Origin: a virus
Length of the DNA stretch: 64,000 nucleotides
Direction: 5' to 3' (one strand)
IMG/VR virus record: IMGVR_UViG_3300025108_000016
This document shows, piece by piece, positions 57,501-64,000 of the stretch (its first letter is position 1; every line of letters begins with the position of its first letter). The notes under the pieces are model-generated. The model was not told the DNA's origin. It saw nothing but the letters and a program-made list of their open reading frames with translations, and made no database searches. A program made the position numbers and the translations under genes.

Positions 57501-58598
57501 ACTTTCAAGAAACCTTCTCCAAACAAGATCTCCATTCTTAGAATATTTACTTAAGAGTCCTCTCTTAACGCCTAGTCCACCTGAAACTGTTCCAAAAACA
57601 ACTGCTTGTTCTGTCTCGCCATCTGAAAATACTTGTTCAAAAGTAAAATTATTAAAAAGTCCTTCGTCAGTTTGTTTTTGCCAAATAATATTACCTTCTG
57701 CTGTATATTTAATAATAAATCCATGATTAAATTTGTTTCCTACGATATAAATTTGACCACTAGAATCAATAAAAATATCTTTACACTCAACATCTTGGTA
57801 TGAATTCAATCCATCAGGATCATATTGTGATTTGATAGTTCTATCCCATAGAACTTCTCCTGTGCTAGAATCAATCTTAACAATGTATCCTTTTTTGGCA
57901 CTATCGTCTTCCAGATAACCAACAGCAATTACTGCTCCTTTATTATTAGAAGCAATCTTAGTAAGAACAGCATCTCTATTAGGCATCGATGCTGCCTTAC
58001 CCCATCCAGGGTTGCCATTACTATCAAACTTTTCTACGTATGCTATTGCGACATCTGATCCTAATGCTGATATTTGAGTGTCAGGTGTATTACCACAAGC
58101 ATAATAGTTTCCGCTACTATCTGATGTAACACCTGTATACTCTAGGTCACCAGTAGAAGATGTTGATTGCCAGTCAAGCACACCAGCATTAGAATACTTA
58201 GCAATATAAGGTGCTTCTAATCCATAGTCACCATTCACACCACCATATTTACCAACAACAATTACATTATCATTACTATCTAACTCCATGGTAGTTAGAG
58301 TTAGAGCACTGCTGTATACAGCAGGGGATATTCTAACTCCCCACTCTTCGGTTGATGTACTATTACTCCCATCGTAATCTCTTTTTTCTACCCAACCAAA
58401 TGAATCATTTCCTAATCCCGTACCCGATAGAAGAAATTTTCCATCTGAATAATTATATTTAATTTGACTGGGAGTATAATATCCTTCATTTGGATTGGAG
58501 GACTTATCAATTGCTTTAAAAAAATTGGTTACTGCGTCTGCTCCAGACGAACCTAAAAGAAAAAGGTTTCTGGCAGCACTACTAAATCCTACTGGCAT
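54585..58598 (-). CDS. Structural/adhesin protein with beta-propeller and LamG-like domains
   Basis: KYSNAGVLDWQ-type repeats; WHHIAVVR..LYVDG, WVGTYDG and WNHVVV LamG motifs. Confidence 0.8.
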   Translation of the reverse strand: MPVGFSSAARNLFLLGSSGADAVTNFFKAIDKSSNPNEGYYTPSQIKYNYSDGKFLLSGTGLGNDSFGWVEKRDYDGSNSTSTEEWGVRISPAVYSSALTLTTMELDSNDNVIVVGKYGGVNGDYGLEAPYIAKYSNAGVLDWQSTSSTGDLEYTGVTSDSSGNYYACGNTPDTQISALGSDVAIAYVEKFDSNGNPGWGKAASMPNRDAVLTKIASNNKGAVIAVGYLEDDSAKKGYIVKIDSSTGEVLWDRTIKSQYDPDGLNSYQDVECKDIFIDSSGQIYIVGNKFNHGFIIKYTAEGNIIWQKQTDEGLFNNFTFEQVFSDGETEQAVVFGTVSGGLGVKRGLLSKYSKNGDLVWRRFLESSRDSGLQFDNVSLDADPSFYYLLFCDQVTSGMNPTKYTFGKVSSSGNGLGDFQYSSDGSTTIDYKVLNAPDQIGRLSDGSVSNSSSDLMSYPFTANKLLFDDLATNISNKKRQMDSADNFEYSGSPAIRVNDFQELNLLGDVYSGSGNWLDQSGKGNDGIISLSGPFAGSGYGSGSLNFPGGSTDRLEIANSADFNFGTGAYTIEMFIKTTASAGWLYHENDPNDSGMRLCVGTNGSTGSNDGRIEFNEQVSNADNAIQGSTQINDGQWHHIAVVRGASGDATKLYVDGVLDATGSANRNFDSSDTLYIGARGTYGGNEYAGEISNLRVVKGVQVYTGNFTPPSAPLDDVSGTSLIIDGSSITDTSSNNRTITLVGGITAKNPSPTHNAAGYWEFDRVDDYISVDTLPDFDTITVEMWSTMNGSATAPIYRVGVIKTSDADWPDGFGMYERVTNLGGGAFSNTFNWFVNQWNGSHIISVDVNSSEYTQFTHWVGTYDGSNMRLYKNGVLLDSSAYTDTIVNSDRPLYIGGGETAPYVVAAWGDHHWWWDGDIGDVRVYPRALTPAQVYQNYNATKSKYTYEASSTAPMIGPGTSASSNLLLNYDFGNRATYDPATNKFSNSSDITGSSWSWLGATPPTITPNAAIAPDGSNTAALMHSGVSIYEGIYNDGDFTISAWVKTVDGSSQSFQQSVYLLSTGGEVLTTTHTATGEWQKFTFSGVATSSFGSPGGKQHRYYPFASTADLYVWAPQVEAGNSALYGNGRYVPTYGTSINLSYGINSLVPTETGGTFNDEPKNQFIDGTVRCNGSFEYITFSNPSVTVSDGSSSTVSWTAELWIKPDAYTGSSDIADLLSDGTYRIELEQGGSDAGKIRYNYSSTSSNFSNVALTAGQWNHVVVKFSPFPAATSVSIQAWINNTFALNTGHAEPLQQIANRSGVGFLGRIAELRIYDKDLSDVERENNWNVTKSKYGL

Positions 58599-58608
58599 CT
58601 ATCTATCC

Positions 58609-61600
58609 TTAGCTAAAGTCTGTGTTTCCTTGACCATATACTCTGGTGATACCACCAGTGTCTCTAACAATAAGAAAAGTTAGGATATCAGTATTTGATG
58701 TAGCAATTGGAGGAGAACCTCCTGACCAACTAACTCCGTTAGTGACTGCGTTTCCGTCTACATTACATGCATCACCATATATAGCTGCGGTATTGGCATC
58801 AATAATTAAAGTAATTGTAATTGATTGTCCGTTTTGTAAAATAGTACCAGAAGCATCTGCTGTACTCAAGTCCCATGTATCAATAGAAGTAGTTGGTGTA
58901 GTGCCTACGATAGTATTTGCAGCAGCAGTACTAATACTCAATGTATTGCCTGTCATACTAAAGTTGGTAGCAAAAGTAGAGAATACTTTTTCTATAGAAC
59001 GTCCTCCAAGAACGATAGGACCATCAACAGATAGACTAGTAAGTGTACCAACTGATGTTAGTGAAGAATCAACAACACTATTACCAAGACCTGTAGAATC
59101 AATAATTAATTGGTTACCAATAGCAAATTTCTTACCAGAATTAAGTTCAAAGTTTTCTGTAGAGACCCAATACTTATCTGTTCTGCTGTGATCATATAGT
59201 AGAGTCTTATCTCCCGTGCCTCCAGATGCAACAGGTGTACCTTTCAGGACTATTCCACCACCATTTGCACCAAGATCTGTTGGACCAGTAGCAATGAATG
59301 TTGCATCACCAGTAGAACCAGTGATAGCAGTAGATAGAGTTGCTGTTTTTGCAGCACCATCAAAGGCAACGATGTATGTACCAGCAGGAGTACTCACACC
59401 AGCACTTGGTATGGTAATTTCCATACCTTCAATCAAACCAACAACAGGATCAATGTTGGTTACGTTGGCACTTCCGCTAACATAGTCTGCTGTAAACGTT
59501 TGGTTTGTAACAGCAGCAAGTTCTAGACTCTTATCATCGATCGTGATGTTTGCCGAATTAATACTAGTAGTAGTTCCTTGAACCACCAAATCACCATCGA
59601 TGGTTGCGGTTCCTTGAACTCTAAAGTCATTTGGTACCGTAAGATTATATGAACTATCACCTTTAATCCATGTTCCAGTACCAGAACCAATGATCAATTG
59701 ATTATCACCACCAGCAGAAGATGCTGCATAGGTTGCACTAGTACTATCTTCTGTAGATGCAGGACCGATCAGAACATTACCACTACCAGTTTGTGCGTAA
59801 CCTGCATAGTGTCCCAGACATACATTGTAGTCTCCTGCAGTATTATTCTCTAGAGAACTTCTTCCTACTGCAACGTTACCCTCACCAGAATCTAGTTGGT
59901 ACAATGAATCTTTACCAATGGAAACGTTGTTGTCTCCATCATCTAGATTAGCCTGTGATCTGTAACCTACGGCGGTATTACCAGAACCAGAAGTTACTCC
60001 CTGTAGAGCAGAGTAACCAAAAGCTGTTTGATGAATACCAGATTGGTTAGCATTCAGTGCTGCATAACCAACGCGAGTATTTGTTTGAACTTCACCGCCA
60101 CCTCTACCAATACCGATACCAAATCCACCAGCATCTCTAATAGTAATGTCTGCATTTACAAAGTCTGCTCTTCCATTGACTGTCAGTGTATCTGATACTA
60201 GAGTTCCAAGGGTTGCACTCTTAGCAATTGATACAGAGTTGCTAATCGTTGTAGTACCACTGCCAGCACCTATATTCAATGCTGTGGCAGCACCAGCAAA
60301 GTTAATTGTTAGTGCTGATGTATTGAGTAGGTCAAAAGTTGAACTACTTGTATTAAGAGTGGTGGATACTACAGCATTGTTAGCAAACATCAGTGATCCA
60401 GTACCTGTACTATCAGATACAACACCTCTTAATTGAGTGGAAGTTGTTGTAGCAAATGCACCAAGTGTATTGGATGAGTAGGCAACAGTTGCACCAGCAC
60501 CACCACCAGTTCCAAAGTTAATACTACTTCCGTCAACACCAGTAAATGTTAGAGTATTGGAGACACTAAATGTTTTTAGGTCAGATAGTGTGAAGGTAGA
60601 ACCTGAAGTTGCTGTAATGGTTAGACCATTAATCGTGGTAGCAGTTGCAGTTCCAATTGTGGGGTTGGTTAGTTCAGGTGCTGTTAAAGTTTTATTAGTG
60701 AGGGTTTGTGTTTCAGTTTCTGTAACAAACCTTTTTGCAATACCACCATTGTCGAATGATCTCCAGTAAGCACCTGCTTCATACCATTCAAGTCTATTGA
60801 ATGTTGCAATCGCTCCGTCTGGTTGAGTAGTTCTGTTAACCTGGATACCACCATCAGCACCAGTGATGCTTGCACCCTTTCTAAGTTCAATTACATTATC
60901 TTCTACCTGTAGAGTGGTAGTGTCAATAATAGTATTGTTACCTGTGATCTGAAGGTCACCATTGATAGTTACTGTACTACCATCATCAGTAATAATACTA
61001 TTAGCAAACTGAGAGTTGCCGTTATCCCATTTAGAAACTCTATTATCAATCAGGTTTCCAGAATTCTTAACTGAGAATGTTCCAGAAGAATTATTAAGAG
61101 CAAGACCTTCACCTGCACTAAGAGATGCACCTGTGTCAGAGTTGAGAGAACTGATCTCAATTTCAATTTCACCTGATGCATTAGTTGATTGTGTGATTGT
61201 GGTAGCACCTGATTGCTTGAATCGGAAGTTACCATCAGATAGTACTTCAGTACCAGATCCAACCTTTGTAATAGTATCATCATTTTGGGAATCAATTTCG
61301 ATTGTTGTTCCAGTTTGACTAACAGTTACATTACCACCACTACCACCAGTGAGTGTTATATCACCATTAGTAAGTGTTCCAGAAACACCACCTTTAATGT
61401 TGGTGATGGTATCAACGGAGGAGATTGTAATCTCAGGGTCTCCTGTAGATCCATTAGGTGCTTGATTAATACTAACTTGGGATCCCGCTAAGAAAGTGAA
61501 GTCTCCATCAGCATATGATCCACCAGATCCAGATCTAATTTTGGTGATCGTATCATCATTAAGAGAGTTGATTGTAATAGTTTTGGTGCCAGTATCTTGA

Positions 61601-62241
61601 CTGACTGTTGCGCCACCAGTACCAGAAAACTGCATTGCACCTGTCTGTGCCTGACCACCAGTTGATGCTTGAATGGTTGTAACTGTATCGTTATCAACTA
61701 CACTACCAGAAATAGTAATGATGTTGTTGACTCTTGCCAGTTCTAATGACAGAGCATTAGATCCACTAGGAACACTTGCAGGAGTTCCAACTTCAAAAAT
61801 AACTTCATCTGTAGAACCAATGCTATCTGTAAGTACAATACTTTTTCTTAAAGATGTACTACCATCATCAGCTGATAGGGCAAAGGTTGTATTATTATCA
61901 GGAGTAGAAACAACACCACCTAATGCAACTTGAATTCCATTAATAGTAATGGAAGAATTTGACAGCGAACTATTGGGTAAGTTTGTGATTGTGTTAACAG
62001 AACCATTAAAAACACACGTCTCGAATGTCTTATTGGTTATTGTCTGTCCTAATGTTAGATAGACATCACCTGGATTATCCCAAGTAACAAAACCAGAATC
62101 AACTTTGAGGTATTGTCCAGTGGTTCCTGAGTTACCAGCGATAACAATTCCGTTACCCGTTAGATCTAGATTGTCACCTGCTACAAGTTCTTCAATCTTT
62201 CTACTTGTAGCATTAACAATTAGTGGAAAACGATCTGCCAT
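58609..62241 (-). CDS. Tail fibre protein with YadA-like head repeats
   Basis: NDDTIT repeats, QTLTNKTL, NTAVG/NVAVG 14-aa repeats; minus-strand TATAAATA at 62275-62282. Confidence 0.8.
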   Translation of the reverse strand: MADRFPLIVNATSRKIEELVAGDNLDLTGNGIVIAGNSGTTGQYLKVDSGFVTWDNPGDVYLTLGQTITNKTFETCVFNGSVNTITNLPNSSLSNSSITINGIQVALGGVVSTPDNNTTFALSADDGSTSLRKSIVLTDSIGSTDEVIFEVGTPASVPSGSNALSLELARVNNIITISGSVVDNDTVTTIQASTGGQAQTGAMQFSGTGGATVSQDTGTKTITINSLNDDTITKIRSGSGGSYADGDFTFLAGSQVSINQAPNGSTGDPEITISSVDTITNIKGGVSGTLTNGDITLTGGSGGNVTVSQTGTTIEIDSQNDDTITKVGSGTEVLSDGNFRFKQSGATTITQSTNASGEIEIEISSLNSDTGASLSAGEGLALNNSSGTFSVKNSGNLIDNRVSKWDNGNSQFANSIITDDGSTVTINGDLQITGNNTIIDTTTLQVEDNVIELRKGASITGADGGIQVNRTTQPDGAIATFNRLEWYEAGAYWRSFDNGGIAKRFVTETETQTLTNKTLTAPELTNPTIGTATATTINGLTITATSGSTFTLSDLKTFSVSNTLTFTGVDGSSINFGTGGGAGATVAYSSNTLGAFATTTSTQLRGVVSDSTGTGSLMFANNAVVSTTLNTSSSTFDLLNTSALTINFAGAATALNIGAGSGTTTISNSVSIAKSATLGTLVSDTLTVNGRADFVNADITIRDAGGFGIGIGRGGGEVQTNTRVGYAALNANQSGIHQTAFGYSALQGVTSGSGNTAVGYRSQANLDDGDNNVSIGKDSLYQLDSGEGNVAVGRSSLENNTAGDYNVCLGHYAGYAQTGSGNVLIGPASTEDSTSATYAASSAGGDNQLIIGSGTGTWIKGDSSYNLTVPNDFRVQGTATIDGDLVVQGTTTSINSANITIDDKSLELAAVTNQTFTADYVSGSANVTNIDPVVGLIEGMEITIPSAGVSTPAGTYIVAFDGAAKTATLSTAITGSTGDATFIATGPTDLGANGGGIVLKGTPVASGGTGDKTLLYDHSRTDKYWVSTENFELNSGKKFAIGNQLIIDSTGLGNSVVDSSLTSVGTLTSLSVDGPIVLGGRSIEKVFSTFATNFSMTGNTLSISTAAANTIVGTTPTTSIDTWDLSTADASGTILQNGQSITITLIIDANTAAIYGDACNVDGNAVTNGVSWSGGSPPIATSNTDILTFLIVRDTGGITRVYGQGNTDFS

Positions 62242-62399
62242 GTCTCAGGTGCCGAGGTGCTTTATTTCTAACATTATTTATAGGAGTATGCCAGGTGAGG
62301 TACTGGCACACATGCTCGCACTCTCTTTGATTATGCGCTATAATAACTGGGTGGTTGAGACGCCTGTCAACTTGAGTACAAATGCTCATCTTTAAGAGC

Positions 62400-62433
62400 T
62401 TGACAGACAACACCTCATCTGCTATACTAAATA
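62400..62433 (+). promoter_or_regulatory. psbA promoters (sigma70-type overlapping late-type)
   Basis: TTGACA-N17-TATACT overlapping CTAAATA. Confidence 0.8.
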
Positions 62434-62475
62434 CATCGGCAGGTTAAGGAACCAACACATTTCTTAACGCTTCTT

Positions 62476-62588
62476 TACACGCCTTACCAAGACTAAACAG
62501 CGTGTCTAAACAATAGTCTTTCATACCTGTGCCTAAGGGTGGCATAGGAATAGTAACTCCACCATTTCCCTGATGGTCTTACTTTTTT
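62476..62588 (+). ncRNA. PhotoRC-II-like structured psbA leader
   Basis: Hairpins ACACGC/GCGTGT, CCTGTGCC/GGCATAGG, ACCAT/ATGGT upstream of psbA; boundaries approximate. Confidence 0.7.
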
Positions 62589-62598
62589 GTTTAAAACA

Positions 62599-63675
62599 AT
62601 GGCTACAACTCTCTCAAGACAACAAACATCCCCATGGCAGAATTTCTGTGAGTGGGTGACATCAACTAACAATCGTCTCTATGTCGGTTGGTTTGGTGTA
62701 CTGATGATCCCAACTCTGTTGGCGGCAACCATCTGCTTCATCGTTGCTTTCGTAGCAGCACCTCCTGTCGATATCGACGGCATCCGCGAACCAGTCGCTG
62801 GTTCACTCATGTATGGAAACAACATCATCTCTGGTGCAGTTGTCCCATCCTCCAACGCAATTGGTCTTCACTTCTATCCCATCTGGGAAGCCGCATCACT
62901 CGATGAGTGGTTGTATAACGGCGGTCCTTTCCAACTGGTAGTCTTTCACTTCCTCATTGGTATCTACGCATACATGGGACGTGAATGGGAACTCTCATAC
63001 CGCCTTGGTATGCGCCCCTGGATCTGTGTAGCATATTCTGCTCCAGTCGCTGCAGCAAGTGCAGTATTCCTAGTCTATCCGTTCGGTCAAGGTTCATTCT
63101 CCGATGCTATGCCTCTTGGTATCTCTGGTACTTTTAACTACATGCTTGTATTCCAAGCAGAACACAACATCCTTATGCACCCGTTCCATATGCTCGGTGT
63201 TGCTGGGGTATTCGGTGGATCTCTTTTCTCTGCTATGCATGGAAGTCTCGTTACTTCCTCACTCGTTCGTGAAACGACTGAAACAGAGTCACAGAACTAT
63301 GGTTACAAGTTCGGTCAAGAAGAAGAAACATACAACATCGTCGCAGCCCATGGTTACTTCGGTCGTTTGATCTTCCAATATGCATCATTCAACAACTCCC
63401 GTTCACTGCACTTCTTCCTCGCAGCATGGCCTGTAGTTGGAATCTGGTTCACCGCACTGGGCGTAAGCACCATGGCATTTAACCTCAATGGATTCAACTT
63501 CAACCAGTCCATCCTCGACGGACAAGGACGTGTGCTCAACACCTGGGCAGACGTGCTCAACAGAGCAGGTCTCGGAATGGAAGTCATGCACGAAAGAAAC
63601 GCGCATAACTTCCCGCTTGATCTTGCAGCAGCTGAGTCCACACCTGTGGCCTTGATTGCTCCATCTGTTGGTTGA
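62599..63675 (+). CDS. psbA: Photosystem II D1
   Basis: [32 protein letters not shown]; no intron. Confidence 0.99.
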   Translation: MATTLSRQQTSPWQNFCEWVTSTNNRLYVGWFGVLMIPTLLAATICFIVAFVAAPPVDIDGIREPVAGSLMYGNNIISGAVVPSSNAIGLHFYPIWEAASLDEWLYNGGPFQLVVFHFLIGIYAYMGREWELSYRLGMRPWICVAYSAPVAAASAVFLVYPFGQGSFSDAMPLGISGTFNYMLVFQAEHNILMHPFHMLGVAGVFGGSLFSAMHGSLVTSSLVRETTETESQNYGYKFGQEEETYNIVAAHGYFGRLIFQYASFNNSRSLHFFLAAWPVVGIWFTALGVSTMAFNLNGFNFNQSILDGQGRVLNTWADVLNRAGLGMEVMHERNAHNFPLDLAAAESTPVALIAPSVG

Positions 63676-63698
63676 TCACTCAACCTGTGGTATAATTC

Positions 63699-63725
63699 AG
63701 GGGTCATTACGACCCCTATTTTTTT
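63699..63725 (+). terminator. Terminator after psbA
   Basis: AGGGGTC-ATTAC-GACCCCT + T run; extended -10 TGGTATAAT just upstream. Confidence 0.8.
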
Positions 63726-63765
63726 CTTTATTATTGTAAAGTTTTATGTCTAAGGTAAATAAAAA

Positions 63766-64000
63766 ATGACAACAAGTACACTAACAACACCAACGAGGGG
63801 GTGGTTCGATGTCCTGGACGACTGGGTTAAACGAGATCGCTTTGTCTTTGTGGGCTGGTCTGGACTCCTACTTCTTCCCACTGCTTATTTGGCCATTGGT
63901 GGCTGGCTTACTGGCACGACTTTTGTTACGAGTTGGTACACCCATGGTCTTGCTAGTTCCTACCTTGAAGGTGCTAACTTTCTCACAGCAGCTGTCTCGA
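63766..64000 (+). CDS. psbD: Photosystem II D2 (3'-truncated by window)
   Basis: [26 protein letters not shown]...[14 protein letters not shown]. Confidence 0.98.
   Translation, partial: MTTSTLTTPTRGWFDVLDDWVKRDRFVFVGWSGLLLLPTAYLAIGGWLTGTTFVTSWYTHGLASSYLEGANFLTAAVS

Noticed and set aside
62599-63766. Group I intron in psbA or homing endonuclease between psbA and psbD
   Set aside because: psbA is continuous and the intergenic gap is only about 90 nt

Overview
This window is a 64-kb segment of a T4-like marine cyanomyovirus (Kyanoviridae-type, probably Synechococcus-infecting). Order: 3' part of major capsid g23; the replication/recombination core (g3, uvsY, uvsW, g55, g47, g46, vWA-peptidase + cobS-like AAA+, g45, g44, dam, g62, regA, hsp20, g43, uvsX, g41, mazG); a late block with a putative PD-(D/E)xK nuclease, a ligase-like protein, a HIGH-family nucleotidyltransferase and probable head-internal proteins; g61, nrdA, nrdB; an accessory region (exported-protein cluster, petE, SNase, tiny membrane proteins including an NdhP homologue missed by the ORF track, gnd, three tRNAs, talC, flavin halogenase, manA-like RNA, two hli, petF, 2OG-Fe(II) oxygenases); three large minus-strand structural/fibre genes; psbA and the start of psbD. 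Most notable observations: (1) a coupled nuclease / ligase-like / nucleotidyltransferase operon with a T4-style late-only hairpin switch; (2) a palindromic operator repeated at fixed distance upstream of six sigma70-type -10 boxes; (3) a candidate programmed -1 frameshift; (4) a ROSE-like RNA thermometer on hsp20; (5) a gnd-ndhP-microprotein-petE operon; (6) two ORF-less late-promoter-to-terminator units that may be small RNAs. All family assignments come from recognising motifs and synteny by eye; no database searches were run.
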